Origin: Eledone cirrhosa
Taxonomy: Eukaryota
NCBI GenBank assembly: GCA_964016885.1
Contig: OZ024741.1
Span: 151,466,001-151,530,000, forward strand
Length of the DNA stretch: 64,000 bases
Direction: 5' to 3'
How positions within the stretch are numbered: position 1 is the first letter of the stretch; every line of letters starts with the position of its first letter. Below, one piece after another: positions 12,290 to 26,415 of this stretch. Below the pieces are notes generated by a model. That model did not search any database and was not told where the DNA came from. It saw only the letters and a list, made by a program, of their open reading frames with translations. A program made the translations under genes and the position numbers.

Positions 12290-13373
12290 TTATATTTCTC
12301 TTAGGTCAGTATTGCTTGTTTGGCTGTTTTTGTTATTCCATTCATTTTTTCTGTTTAGCCTTGGCCTTTTAAGTTCTATTTCACTGGCCTCTCTGATTTG
12401 CCACTCTGCTGGGTCATTTCTATGCTTAGATATTATTTTAATTTCTATGTTGATTATGTTACTGTCATGTTGTTGTCTGGCGTGTTCGTATAGTACTGAA
12501 CCGTTTTTTCTTCCTTTTAGTTCCCTCCAGTGTTGGTCTATCCTTTCACCTATGCTACGCGCTGTCTCGCCTATGTATGTTGTTGTCATGTTTCTGCAAG
12601 TACCCTCTGTACATCTTATGCGGGAGACTACGTTTCTAGTTTTACAGTTTATCCGGTGGTTTACTTTACATATAATACATTTCCTATTAGTACAGTGGGT
12701 TTTCTTAAAAGGGTATGTTTTGCTGATCAGGGATTTTATGATGATTCCTGGCTTTTCTACCTCCTTAATCTTTAAGTGGGTCTTTCTTAGGGCCTTTCTA
12801 CACTGGTTAGCTAATTTCCCTCTAGGGGTAGCATCCACGAACATGACACTCTGGTATCTCTGGTTGTCGTACCATGAGGTGGCTTTCCCTATCTTATGTT
12901 TAGTCCTATCTAAGCTATTCCATGATTTGCTCCTGTATAATGGGCAAATTCCTTTCCTGTCCAGTTCTATACTTCTTTGTGCCTCCTTCGTATACTCTGA
13001 TTCTGTCTCTTTGGTTGTAGCCAGAGAACTGCATGCGGTTGATGAAGTGCTGGATGTGCCTTTCCATTTCTGTTGGGTCGCACATGCGGGACACGTTCTT
13101 CATCACTCATACCAAGTCTGCGATCAGAATATTAAACTTAGCACTACTGGACATTGCTGAGTTTTTGAGTATCAGGTATTTTGAGGCCATGGGTTTAGCG
13201 TAGTGTGAGTAGAGAATTTGGGCTCTCTCCTCTATAGTGTTAATCCAGAGCTCCGTGTCTAATACAGGTAGTCCATTGTTAGGGTGATTGGAACGGTAGT
13301 TGGTAGTTACAGTTATACTCTGGTGTATGGAATTAGCTATCTGCTGGATGATTTCCATTGTGCTACATTCCAA
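12290..13373 (-). pseudogene. PLE RT C-terminus plus GIY-YIG endonuclease (CCHH type), frameshifted
   Basis: LPVLDTELW, HYAKPMASK, RMQFSGY, CTNRKCIIC linker, TYIGETARSIGERIDQH, VLYEHARQQH, IREA...LN. Confidence 0.87.
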
Positions 13374-13791
13374 ATCATACTTGTTAGTACTCTCTTGTGG
13401 GGATGTCCTTATTACTATAATAATGTCACCTACGTAACGAGAGGCAAATCAGAGAGGCCAGGAAATAGAACTTAGAAGGCCAAAGCTAAACAGAAAAAAT
13501 GAATGGAATAACAACACCCAAACAAACAATACTGACCTAAGAGAAATATAAATAAATAAATATATATATACACAAGCACGAAAATAACAAACACAAATAA
13601 ACACACGCTAATACACTAAGATAGAATACAATAACCAAAACACAGTCACCCAAACGCGAACACACATCAAACACTATACACACACGCAAACGCATGCACA
13701 GAGAAGAAGACAAAAATAAATAAATAAATAAATATTATAAACAGATTAAATAAAGATGGCGTAGACATACAATACAACAGGAGGAAACACA

Positions 13792-13840
13792 ATAGCACCA
13801 CTGACGATGTTGCAGGTGTGCAACGAAAGAACTTTGTTAG
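13792..13840 (+). ncRNA. Minimal hammerhead in the PLE pseudo-LTR (second copy 12015-12062, minus strand)
   Basis: CA-CTGACGA-tGTTGCA GGTG TGCAAC-GAAA-GAAC-TT-TG. Stem I is short. Confidence 0.6.
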
Positions 13841-14365
13841 ACTATATATATGTGTTTATGTCTATATTATATCTGTATTTTTGACCGTTGGTCAGTCAAT
13901 GGTAAACATTGAGGACCGAATAAATTAACTGATATAAAAGATACAAAAGCGAAAACCAACCAAACAGTGGGTGTGTTCTGTTATTAATTCTGGGAATATT
14001 ATTACAACAATATAACCCTACCCAAGTATAACAATATTTGTTTCGACACACGACTTCATATCAAAAACCTCGCAAAACAAATATATATATATTTATATAT
14101 ATATATTTATATATATATATACATATATATATACATATATATATGCATATATATATTGTGATCAATTAAATTTTATTTTACATATTTCAGAGGTACGTGA
14201 ATCAGGTTCAACAGTACGTCCTCATCAGATAAAATAAAATGATACATGACATACCCTGAGATGTTAGATGGTTAAGATTTAATCGAGGTAGTATTTTTTT
14301 GTAGAGTGCTTCCAATCTACTGTAAAACTCATTCTTTGATGTACTCATTGAACCTTGTTTAACTC

Positions 14366-14442
<77 letters not shown>

Positions 14443-14805
14443 AAAAGATGAAATCGAAAATGCAACTGGAGTCTTATTTTTTAAAAACTATAAATATATT
14501 TATTGGGTTCCTTTATCGGTTTCGCAGTTCTTTTGCTTTTCAAACGTAGAGTTGAGATGGAGGGTCTGTGGTTTTTCTCACATCTGGTTGGTCTTTCAAT
14601 GTTACTTGTTTTATATGGAAAAAAGTGGCTCGAAACGCCAGGTTTTTAGAGAAGTAATTTGATTGGTTGGTCAATAATTATAATAAATTTCGCGCCAGTT
14701 CGCGTTACAAAGTTCTTCAAACAGGGGGGTGTGCTCAGGTTGTTTTTTTCATATATGAGTGTTTGAATTTCTTTTTACTTAAAAAATATATATATATTTA
14801 TATTA

Positions 14806-15075
14806 TCTCTATATATATAAAACGGTAGATTTCTGTCTGTGTGTGTGTATGATTTTTATGCATTTCCACATTTCTCTACCGATGTTGATGATTTTTACCC
14901 CAATGGGCTCCAAATTTACCAAGTCAGGTCAACGCGTAATAATTTTTGCCAAAAATTTCCTGCTTCTATGAAAAAGATCGATAAATCTAAATACATGCTG
15001 TAACCCTCTCTCTTACACGCGTCATTCCTCTCACTACTACCATCAAACCTTTATGAAACTACATACATGTTGCAA
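14806..15075 (+). mobile_element. Probable Helitron 5' portion
   Basis: A|TCTCTATATATATAAAACGG...TCTGTCTGTGTGTG start. The 3' end was not located. Confidence 0.45.
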
Positions 15076-15296
15076 CTCTCTCTATATATATATATCACAC
15101 ACACACATATATACATCTAAAGAGAGAAAGGGAGATGTAGAGAGAGAGAGTGAGATAGGTCGTTATACAGAGAGAGGCATAAGATAATCAGATAGAGACA
15201 GAGAGAGAGAGAGAATGGCGCAGAACGCTAGTTCACACACAAACACACACACAAACAAACACATATATATATGTATAAAGACATAGAGAAAGTGAC

Positions 15297-15331
<35 letters not shown>

Positions 15332-15625
15332 GTGATCTGCGCGTTCTTTATTGTTCTCCATTCTGTAGAAGAAGAGAGAGGGGGGGGGGGTATGAGTGAG
15401 AGAGAGAGAGAAAAAAGGGCGAGGGGGTTGAGATAGAAAGAAAGTTTAAGCAAAGAATCGCTGCTTTCAACATTAACGGGATCTTCTGAAACTAATAAAT
15501 TCAATCTGTGAACGCAGAGTCGTTAGAGTAATATTCTATTTAAAATAACCGAATGATTTCCAGCCCCGGAGTTTAAGAATGATGTAAATAAAATTGTAAA
15601 CGAAAATGATAGAGGTTATTAAAAT

Positions 15626-15733
15626 ACTTGTTTCTACTTTTAGCACAAGGCCAGCAATTATCCAGTACATCACTGGTACTTTATTTTATCAACCCCGTAA
15701 GGATGAAAGGCAAAGTTAACCTTGACGGGATTT
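15626..15733 (-). mobile_element. SINE, 5'-truncated
   Basis: Reverse complement of the core and tail. Confidence 0.85.
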
Positions 15734-15850
15734 TAACTTTGCCTTAAAATAGTAAATGTAAATAATGAAGATTTAGGCCAGTACATACGTATGCGCCGAC
15801 GGAAATACACATATATATTCATACGCACACACAAATGCATACACACACAC

Positions 15851-15933
<83 letters not shown>

Positions 15934-16134
15934 GGCACGCACGCACACGCGCGTGTGTGTGTGTAAACCTTATACATTTCTAGAGTATTTTCACTAAACT
16001 TACGACATAGGTTACTTATGTACTTCGGATCATTATGGGCACTTTCATTTTTCCAGATATTGATTATAGGGCCTCCCGGCAGATAACCCCCTTCAACCAC
16101 TTCCTTGGAGTCGACTGAAGCACTGCAGTGCAAT

Positions 16135-17011
16135 GCAACAAAACGTCATAACTTCTGGAGTTCGCAACCGATTTTCACAAAACTTTACACATTGGCTACG
16201 TTTGTTCTACAGATGAATGTGAAAGGAACTTAAGATTGTAACTTTAACACAGCTATTGAGCAGCCCCGAGCAACGGCCGGGCCTTACTGCTATAGGCGAT
16301 AAAGTTGTGCAGACAGACAGTCGCGCAGAGAGGTGATATAGGCGATAAAATTGTGCAGACAGACAGTCGTGCAGAGAGGTGATATAGGTTGATAGAGTTG
16401 TGCAGACAGACAGTCGGGCTGATAGACGATGGAGGCATGTAGACAGATAGTCGTGCAGAGAGGTGATATAGGCGATAAAGTTGTGCAGACAGACAGTCGT
16501 GCAGAGAGGTGATAGGCGATAAAGTTGTGCAGACAGACAGTCGTGCAGAGAGGTGATAGGCGATAAAGTTGTGCAGACAGACAGTCGTGCAGAGAGGTGA
16601 TAGGCGATAAAGTTGTGCAGACAGACAGTCGTGCAGAGAGGTGATAGGCGATAAAATTGCATTTTTTTTTTTTCATGTCCATCCAATTTCTTTGTTTCAA
16701 AATAACTGATATTTTGGTTACGCTGATGTTTTTCTCTGAGACAAGTGTTGCAGCGTTTACATTTTCGATTTTTGTTAATAGATTACCAGTGCAGTTTTTA
16801 TCCCCAGCATCCTCTTTTGTTTTAACATTCGAGTTATGGTTATGTTTTCTTAACTTTATTAGGCATACTGTTGGTTGAGGGAATATTAATCAAAAGTACC
16901 ACATGAAAGTCTACACTGTAGACTCTGCAGTTTTTAGGCCTAGAAAGGAACTTAACATTGTAACTTTAACACAGCTACTGAGGAGCCCCGAGCAACGCCG
17001 AGCTTTACGGC

Positions 17012-17014
<3 letters not shown>
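16135..17014 (+). mobile_element. Non-autonomous Helitron sequence with two successive 3' ends
   Basis: CCCCGAGCAACG(G)CCG...CTA(G) at 16264-16292 and 16985-17014, each preceded by AAGGAACTTAA.ATTGTAACTTTAACACAGCTA. Confidence 0.7.
16291..16660. repeat. Minisatellite, ~8 copies of a 42-46-bp unit
   Basis: Unit ATAGGCGATAAAGTTGTGCAGACAGACAGTCGTGCAGAGAGGTG(AT). Confidence 0.95.
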
Positions 17015-17087
<73 letters not shown>

Positions 17088-17164
17088 TAAGTTAAAATGG
17101 TACGATGCGTGTATTTTTAGTATATTATCTCGGGTCATGCTCACCACGCTCACTCAGTTTTTAA

Positions 17165-17438
17165 CAAACTGATTGGAATGTCGCTGTGCATTGCAGTGAT
17201 CCATCCTTCGAGAACAAGCCGATACCGGCTGCCTTAAGGACTGCTGCCAACTACTAATGGTTGACCCTATCAAAAACTTTCGATTGGTCTAAGTTGATCA
17301 GTGCACCACCCGTGCGAAGTGCCTTAACCACCCACTCTATAATGTATCGTATAAGATGGAGGTTGTTGTAGATGGATCTGTCCGGAATGGCACATGTTTA
17401 TGCCTCTCCTACCAGACTACCGACGACAAGCGCCAACC
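17165..17438 (-). mobile_element. Tx1/L1-clade RT fragment
   Basis: TCAIPDRSIYNNLHLIRYII...GALINLDQSKVFDRVNH. Confidence 0.8.
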
Positions 17439-17449
17439 TTTTCACAAAA

Positions 17450-17845
17450 TAATTGTTTCTACTTTTGGCACAAGGCCAGAAATTATCCCAGTGCATTACT
17501 GGTACTTTATTTTATCGACCCCAAATGGATGAAAGGCAAAGTTAACCTCGGCGGGATTTGAATTCAGACCACAAAGGGCCATAACTCTATGCTGCAAAGC
17601 ATGGCGTCCGACCCTCTACCGATACTGCCAACCCACCGTCCTTTTCACAATGATAATTGTTTCTACTTTTGGCACAAGGCCAGCAATTACCCAGTGCTTT
17701 ACTGGTACTTTATTTTACCGACCCCGTAAGGATGAAAAGCAAAGTTAACCTCGGCGGTATTTGAACCCAGAGTGGCAAAGGCCGTAACTCTATGCGTCAA
17801 AGCATGGCGTCCGATCCTCTACCGATACTGCAATTCCACCGCCCT
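17450..17845 (-). mobile_element. SINE tandem dimer
   Basis: Two full copies separated and flanked by CTTTTCACAA. Confidence 0.92.
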
Positions 17846-18309
17846 TTTCACAATAATAATAATGTTGTATTCGCTACAAGAGGAGAAGGGACAATACATC
17901 AACAAAAACAACAGAGTGGATTTTTCATCGAGTAAAGGAAATGAGAAATCATTAAAGGGAAAACAATTGGCGTATCTATAAAAGTAATTGTAATAGATAG
18001 TTATGATAACAATACAAACGTTAACAAATATCAACTAGGATCTGTCCACCAAGGAGGTGGAGGAATCGCTTTATGCTAATTCCAGGGAGAGCTTCACACA
18101 AATCTACAGATTATTCTGTCATCTCACAGTATATTCCCTTCTGCTTAGAAAAACATAAGGAAACAAGCCCATAGAGTCTAATCAATCGCGCTCCTCTCAC
18201 TCATGTTAATTATGAGAATAATAATTTTAATTTTAATTTGCATCACAAGATCAAAGTCTGCCATTTAGAACCCCCCCCCCCCCCCCCCAGCACATAATGA
18301 ATCAGAATA

Positions 18310-18450
18310 CATTAACTGCAGGACATGTGTAGAAGTGGGGAAGATACAACTAACCACATTGCCTCTGTTTGCCCAGCCAAGACACACTATACCTATAAAG
18401 ATGACAGTTTGGATTTACATACACTGGAAATTAGGCCAACAATATCAAAT
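18310..18450 (+). mobile_element. R4-like zinc-knuckle fragment
   Basis: CRTCRSGEDTTNHIASVCP. Confidence 0.45.
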
Positions 18451-19215
18451 AACAGTATAAAAGAGACTGCACAGACATTCAAAGAAAGAAGTTGTAGCAT
18501 TATATGTATAGAAAAAGAAGTCGTTCCTGTTTTGTTTACAGATATACCGAGAAATATGTTCTGTCTGTTTGGTCTACAGAGAAAGTGTTGTGTCTACAAA
18601 TATAGAGACAGGTGTTGTGTTTATTGTGTCTCCAAACACAGAGAAAGAAGGTGTTGTTTATGTATAGTGTTTACAAACATACAGAGAAATGAATTCTGTC
18701 TATCGTGATCGCAATCGCACAGTCGTTTCTGTGTTGGCGTTTTACGTTACAATTTCATGAAACCACTAATAACTTTTGAGTGTTATGTGTTTAGATGATA
18801 ACCTACTATAGTCATTTATATGTATTTCGTTAAGCACATCAAAGAATTGATCGCATTCTCTATATAACCATATGGAATTGACTCTTCTACTCCAAAACCA
18901 ATATTTTATTTACTTTACCTTGTCTTGAAATAACGGTGTGCTGGCAGAATAAAATATACCAATATAAACACACACATATGTACACACACACACATATATA
19001 TATATATATGTAATTACATGAATATGTATATATTTGTGTGTGTGTATGTGTGTTTGTGTCTCTGTGTGTGTGTGTGTGTATGTATGTACGTGATGGATTC
19101 TGTATAAAGAAAAAAGAGAGATAAACACATGTACACTTAAGCTGAGATAAATGACTAGGCTGTTATATAGCTAGATAGAAAGTAAAGATAACCTGTAAAA
19201 TAATAGATAGAAATT

Positions 19216-19263
<48 letters not shown>

Positions 19264-19367
19264 GAATGTACATAACCATACTACTTTTGTACACACTCTT
19301 TCGTTCAATTAACGTATATTTACTTTATCATTATTTATCAAATATACACTGGCCAATCTTTCAAACA

Positions 19368-19417
<50 letters not shown>

Positions 19418-19446
19418 ATGTAATGTATATGCACACACACACATAC

Positions 19447-19499
<53 letters not shown>

Positions 19500-19521
19500 A
19501 TGTATATGCACACACACATAC

Positions 19522-19637
<116 letters not shown>

Positions 19638-19799
19638 GTGTGTGTATGTGTGCGTGTACATTACATACATATATGTGTATGTGTGTTTTAAATATTAAAG
19701 TCGCACACGGGAAAAACAGAAACACGTGGGTTGAGCGAACATAGACATCTGAATTTCTCATCAGCCACCAACTATACAATGCTATTTCTTACATAACGA

Positions 19800-20380
19800 G
19801 GATATTGCATAATATTGAGTCGTGGTTGCAAGCTGGCTTGAACAAATCGTTGGAATGAAGCATATGAGACAGCATACTATAGAGACATGGGGAAAAATGG
19901 TGTTTCTTTGGACTAGGTCAGGATTCGAGTTCGTTAACCAATAATAAGTCTCACCACAGCTTCTGCCACCCAACAACTTCTGACCTTAATCTATTCTTAA
20001 GTAGAGCCCGCAATGAAGTAATGCTCCCACATCTGTAACAGTGCTGCTGTTACACAAACATACATTCGATACCACATCCATAAGAGTGTCACTCGTTTGA
20101 TTGCCATGAAGTCACTGAAAGGCACACAACAACCTCTGGCATTTGTTCCTTGGAGCTGGCTAACCTCATGACACCTTCACTCAGACACTCCCGCCTTACT
20201 CGTCATTTCTCCTTCCGTCCTCACATTTTGTGTCTAACTTCCCAGGCCCTGTACTAATCACATGTTTTTCATGTATGGGTTAACTTGCAACAACCTGAAC
20301 TGACCCCCACAGTTTGAATCTCACCAATGTCAGAAGACATTCAAACGGCAAGGGCACAGTCTCTTCCTCCAAACCTAGCA
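19800..20380 (-). mobile_element. Possible highly decayed RTE-type LINE 3' region
   Basis: Weak resemblance to post-RT RTE motifs across frames; not decisive. Confidence 0.3.
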
Positions 20381-20384
20381 AGTA

Positions 20385-20527
20385 ATAATGGTTTCTTATA
20401 TAGGTACAAGGCCAGCAATTCGATTAAATCGACCCCAGTGAGTGACTGGTACTTTATTTTATCGACCCTGTAAGGATGAAAGGCGACGTTTACCTCGGCG
20501 GGATTTGAACTTAGATCATAAGGGGCA
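20385..20527 (-). mobile_element. SINE, partial
   Basis: Core and B box on the minus strand. Confidence 0.85.
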
Positions 20528-22444
20528 ACTTAGCAAATAATAATGAAAAGTATAACACACCAACACATAGTGCACTCTCACCACAACACACAACCTCCTT
20601 AATACCACCAGCACCCCCACTGCCGCCACCACTGGCACCTTATTGTCTCCACCTCCAACACTGCTTTGTTATCATGACGTGTATTTAAATAACAACAAAT
20701 AAACGTTCCGAAGTATTAAAAGAGAGAAGGCGAAGGAGAAGGGAATAAAATGAATGCTATATACATAACTAAAGAGAGAGCGTTCGTTATGAGAACAGTA
20801 GAGCGTCTGAAGAAAAGGGAGGGATAGAACAATAGCGAGTGATAGCGACTGATAAATGAGAGCGAATGGATAATAAGACGAAAAGTAAAACTCTCTAATG
20901 TGGGGCAGAAAAGGAAAAGAAAATATCGTCACAAAAACTGAGGGAGGAAGAGAATCGTGTCATACACAGATATTGTGACCAACTCTCCAAGCCCTGCAGC
21001 AAGCAGTATGTGATGGAGGGGACAGTGTAAAATGGGACTGGGTGCGTTTATGTGTTTATGAAAATGGATGTATAGTTAATCAAAGGTGCACAAAGCGTTA
21101 CAACAGTAATTAATAGCAAAGTTGCTCACTAGAAAAACTAAACATGTGGGAAGTGCGGACAAAAGCATTGATCTTCCTTGTCAGCCACACACTGGGCAAT
21201 GCAATTTCGTGAATAAAGGTGATATTATATAACATTGCATAAGAGAAGCACCAGTCTAAAAGATGAAGTTCTATCTATGTTTAGGACGTGCGTTTGTCAT
21301 CAGACACGATTAGGCAGAATGAGCCATTTTCCGAGTAAATATATACATGTATGTATGTGTATTAGTGTTTGCATCTGTATGTGTGTATATGAATGGATAT
21401 GTTATGGAGAGCTATACCAATGAAACTTTAAGATGTGATTATAACAAAGGTATTGAAATGTTTCCTTAAAGTATTTAATTTACCCTAATAATTTGAGTGA
21501 CATACCCCTTTATGAATGTGTGAAGAGAAAAGGAGAGAACGAAATTATACGAGTTTTAGTGTATTATTCATTGTTACTTGAAATTACATGTGCATTCCAT
21601 TAGCTGTCGGTGTTGAAATTTGTGCATTAATTATCTGTAATAGTCACTGCACTTCATTTAATTCTAGTCGATTGTTAAAAGTGCATTTTATGTGGTTATT
21701 ATTAGAATGTTACACTGACAACAAGATTCAGCTATTACACATACGAATTAAAGATCATTTCCATCCACGCGTTTTATAAAAAAATAGAAAACACATTGAC
21801 AGAGGATCAATAACAAGGATATGGCAGACATCACCAGAGACACCGACTGCAATATTTGTATCCTGCGGGTAAAACAATTCATTCTAATAAAAGCAACACT
21901 TAGGCCAATTGTTATAATCCGGCGGGAATTGAATGGGGAAGTGACGTTACTCTTTATAATCACCAAGCATTACAATACTTCACTAAATTCCTCCTCGCAA
22001 ACATATAACCGCGTGGACATTAATAGACCGTGGGTGGAAAACAATCTACAGTCCCAAATTTTTACTCCACATACATTGTCTTTTGAAACCATCCAAATGA
22101 ATCGGCATGCCATCCTAAAGGGGTTGTCATTTTGCTCTCATTCTCCTCTTCTTTTTTTTTTACTTTATCTTTCACTCTCCCTCCCTTTCTCGCTCTCCCC
22201 CTCCCTTTCTCCCTCTCGATCTCTACCTTCTTTAACACCTTTTTAAAGGTGCATTTTACCATAAATATTACGACAAATGAAATATTTTAAAGGTAACGTT
22301 ACAATCATTACTATAGTCTTCTAGAAGGAACCACTACCAATAACAACCACTATATATACTGCACACACATAAGCACACACATACTATGTGTGCACATAAG
22401 CATACACATACATATATACGTATGTAAGTATGTATGTATGTATG

Positions 22445-23723
22445 TATGTTCTTCTGGTTTTATAATTTCACAAATGTTTTCCCAATAGAGCGAGAGGGTT
22501 GGTTTCTAACGTAGACACAATACTCTCTCATTGGAATTTACACAACATCAACTAGGTAGATATGTATGTATGTCTGCATGCATGTGTAGATATGGATGTT
22601 ATTGTATGTGTGATTGTGGATGTTTTGAGTTGTATGTGTGCATGTGTATATACTTTGTATCTGTACATGTGTATATGCAGTTATTAGATGCATAATTTTT
22701 GGAATGTTTTACATATTTTTACTGTTCCATTAATGGATTGTACTTGTAATTTCCTAACTAGTTGGGTTCTTTCTGTTCCTGTGAAGCCTAGCTTCTCAAG
22801 ATTTGTATTGAGGCAGTTACTAACATACCCCAGAGCCTCAATAATCACAGGCATAAATCTGAAGGTGTAATCAGGGTGGAGTATCTGCAGATTTCTCATC
22901 AGTTCTGCATAAATATTCTCCTTTTCGCTAATCTTTGATATTATATTGGCATCTGCTGGGCAGCTAATTTCCACTACTGTGCATGCTTTCTTCTCCCTGT
23001 CCCATATCATAATATCTGGTCTGTTATGCCTGCATTTTATTGGGGTTTTTACTGGAACATTCCACCAGTACTCTTTCATCTTATGTACATGGATGTCTTC
23101 CACATTGCTGTAGCTTTTAATGTGTTTATTATCGGGGCTATCTTTTTTACGAACTGCATTGTACAGTGTTTTGGCCACTACATCATACTTCATAGGTAGA
23201 TAGTACCGCGATGACATCTTTGGACAGCTGCTTATGACATGGGTGATATCCTCGATGTTACTTCTGCAGAGTCTGCACTTGTTATCACATCTATGTGTTT
23301 TGCCTGCATCCCTATCGCTTTTGTGAATCAGGTATTTCGTGCTAATCTCCTGTTCTTGGATTGCAAAACCGTATCCTTCAAAGTGGGAGCCAATATAGCA
23401 GTTGTTGGTCCCAGATAGACTACTTTCCTTATCTATATTACTCTCACTCTGGAGCTTCCTGGCAACATATCCATGCATAATTTGTTGCTGATAAGCATGA
23501 AGTTTTACATCCATGGATTCACTGCGATACTGCTGAGCGACTTCCCTGGGTGAGAGTTTTTGATTATCACACAGGCAATATCTCTCGAGGAGTTCCTTCC
23601 CAAATCTCATGATCTTATCTGTTTCATGCAGATAGACTTGCTCGAGAAACGGGCTCCTACGCTTCGAGGTTCGTAGATGTTGTCGGAGAGATATGATGCG
23701 ACATTCAAATGTTGTCTGGTCTG
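22445..23723 (-). mobile_element. R4/Dong-like restriction-like-endonuclease LINE, 5'-truncated, inserted in (TACA)n
   Basis: An open frame at 22684-23723 contains the zinc knuckle CRLCRSNIEDITHVISSC and the RPDIMIWD...VEISCP...EK RLE motif. The 3' UTR ends in (CATA)n. Confidence 0.88.
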
Positions 23724-23889
23724 ATGTATGTATGTATGTATGTATGTATGTATGTATGTATGTATGTATGTATGTATGTATGTATGTATGTATGTATGTA
23801 TGTATGTATGTATGTATGTATGTATGTATAAGAACAAAAGATGAGGCAGTATTATGGAATCTTATCATTTTATTAACTACATCATTGCA

Positions 23890-24262
23890 AGGCGGTGGAT
23901 TGGCAGTATCGGTAGCGTCGGACACAATGCTTTGCAGCATAGAGTTACGGTCCTTTACGGTCTGTGTTCAAATCCTGCCGGGGTTGACTTTGCCTTTCAT
24001 CCTTACGAGGTCGATAAAATAAAGCACCAGTAACGTACTGGGGTCGATTTAATCGACTTGCCCCTCCCCAAAATTACTGGCCTTGTGCCTATACTAGAAA
24101 TCAGTAATTACATCATTGCAAGGCGGTGGATTGGCATTATCGGTAGAGGGTCGGACACCTTGCTTTGCAGCATGGAGTTGAGGCATTTACGGGGTCGATA
24201 AAATAAAGCACCAGTAATGCGCTAGGATAACTGCTGGCCTCGTGCCAAAAGTAGAAACAATT
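23890..24262 (+). mobile_element. SINE tandem dimer
   Basis: A long-type copy and an internally deleted copy, with TACATCATTGCAA at all three junctions. Confidence 0.92.
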
Positions 24263-25918
24263 AATTACATCATTGCAATATGTATGTAATTATATATATA
24301 CATATTCGCATATATATATATATATAAGCCTATATGCTAGGCGTTTATTACACCCTGCACTCATTACAAAAAATACGACAAATACCACATCATAGAGGTA
24401 ATTCATATATCTTAAGAATATGCCCTGTATTGTACAGCCACAGTATGGTGAATATAAATCTAGAGAACAACAACGATAACAGGTTTATACGTAACGTATT
24501 TTGTACAACATGGCTGATTTCATGAGTCACATATATTAACATATAGAACAACAACATTATGTTGTATAGTAGAGCAACCAGTTTAAGGATAATGACTTCA
24601 AATTGCCATCTGGCACTTAATTTTTGGTTTGATATTTAATCTTCTAGTTAACTCAATGCAGGAAATATATGAATAAAGGTGTTCTAGCTTGGACCAACCT
24701 TTTTTTTTTTCTCAGACATGCTGTATCTAAGATTGCATTATTCATTGATTACAAAATAATCTTTTGGGTAGGTCGGGCGACTACATACAAACTTTCTTGT
24801 TAGTTTGTTTATTTTCTTTTAATATGCCTTCCATCGAGGAATATCCTGTTTTGTTTTTTTAAGATACAGTGTATCTAAGATTATGAAGTATTCATTTTGT
24901 TTGAATAAAATGGTATGACATTTCACAGCTATTAATCAATTGGAATGACTTGAAAACTTAAGTAGGAGTTTGATATTGGTTAAGTAAATACATTCGTTTA
25001 CTTAAACTGTTTTGTCAAGATGTGTATTGCGCAATAATGAATGTAAAAAAGGAAAGAAACAGAAAGAACCGGATGAAACTATGTTTTAGTGGTCTCTCCG
25101 GTAGTGATTGAAGAGGTAGGGCTGAAACTTAGTACACATACAGCCGGAACAAATACCGCAAATCATTCCACCCGACGCTTAAACAATTCCGCCAATCTCT
25201 CGCCCATAGACTAGTACCTTAGTTATTGAACCCGCCATGATGAAAGGCGAAGTTAATGTAGGTGAGATTTGAAACTAGAATGTAGAGAGTCGGAAAAAAT
25301 GCCGAGCGGTTCAATGCGACGCTCTAACGACTCAATTTACTGTCGATAAAAGGACAAGAGTTTGACAATGAACCGTAGTCAATATATATCCTATATATAT
25401 CCATCCTATATATATAAAGTCATTATGAAAAAAATTGAAATATAAAATGTGTGCGTCCCAATGTCCCAATGCAAATGACAAAAGTAAAAGGCGATCACTA
25501 GACACAATAGTTGAGAATAACGAGTAAAACACCCTGAAGACAAAAAGATGAATAGAGAAACCCGGGAAGGGGGAATAAAATATTAGTTCTCAGTGTTACA
25601 ATTGCTTCATAGCTAAATCCAAGTCATCCAAATTGTACTGTAATTAACTATTAATTTTAGCAGGCCGAGTTATTAATTAGAGGCCTTTTGTTTATGTGAA
25701 ATTAAATACTTTATAAATACGATTGGACGACCTTAGATAATTGATATACTTAATCTGGGTTAAATTGTTAAAAACAACAACAAAACAACGACTACACTAA
25801 CCTATTTTAAACTAAACTGCGCTATTTTACACTAACTTATACTACACTACCTCATACTTGCATGTTTGTAGGCTTCCTATATGCATAAACACACAAACAT
25901 ACAAGTGTATATATATAT

Positions 25919-26095
25919 AATAGGAAAATGTTCAAGACCCCGACAGCAGAGCTCAAGCCGTTTCGCCGGGTATTTCTGGACTCCAGAAATAGCCGTCGAA
26001 ACGGCTTGAGCTCTGCCGTCGGGGTCTTGAACATTTTCCTATTACCCACTGTACTACCTTAAGTATTGAGTACTCAATACTTAGGGTAGTTGAGT
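25919..26095 (+). mobile_element. Short palindromic element of the 29225-30105 family
   Basis: Hairpin 25919-26042 centred near 25981, plus a second small palindrome at 26053-26090. Confidence 0.7.
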
Positions 26096-26415
26096 GTTTC
26101 CACGCCGAACACCTCGAGGTGCGATCTGTGTGTGGATCAGCCTGACTCTGGACTCGCAGGTTCCTCGGACACGTCTATTGATTTCGGAGCAAATCCTCTT
26201 TCTCATGTCCGAGGAACCTGCGAGTCCAGAGTCAGGTCGATCCACACACAGATCGCACCTCGAGCAGTTCGCCGAGGAAACAATTGTAACACACAATAAA
26301 TAGAGTTCCGATGCGTCACTTCTTTTTCTTTTTCCATTCCATCATACTCTGCTCCGTAGGAGCATAGAGTGCTCGACCGGCATACCGCCTATGGAAGCAT
26401 CTTAGCTACCATTAG

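Larger units (their letters stand above)
11820..14082 (-). mobile_element. Penelope-like retroelement, 5'-truncated, with an inverted pseudo-LTR
   Basis: About 11820-12402 is repeated in inverted orientation at about 13443-14035. A 3' tail at 14035-14082 is shared with 4220-4297 and 28105-28200. RT thumb and GIY-YIG are on the minus strand. Confidence 0.88.

Noticed and set aside
12237-13160. 307-aa hydrophobic ORF on the plus strand
   Set aside because: It is the antisense shadow of the PLE ORF.
16291-16660. CRISPR-like regular repeats
   Set aside because: The units are contiguous with no unique spacers, the context is eukaryotic, and there are no cas genes.
22684-23940. 418-aa ORF as a real gene
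   Set aside because: It is a chance fusion of SINE antisense, (TACA)n and a LINE C-terminus.
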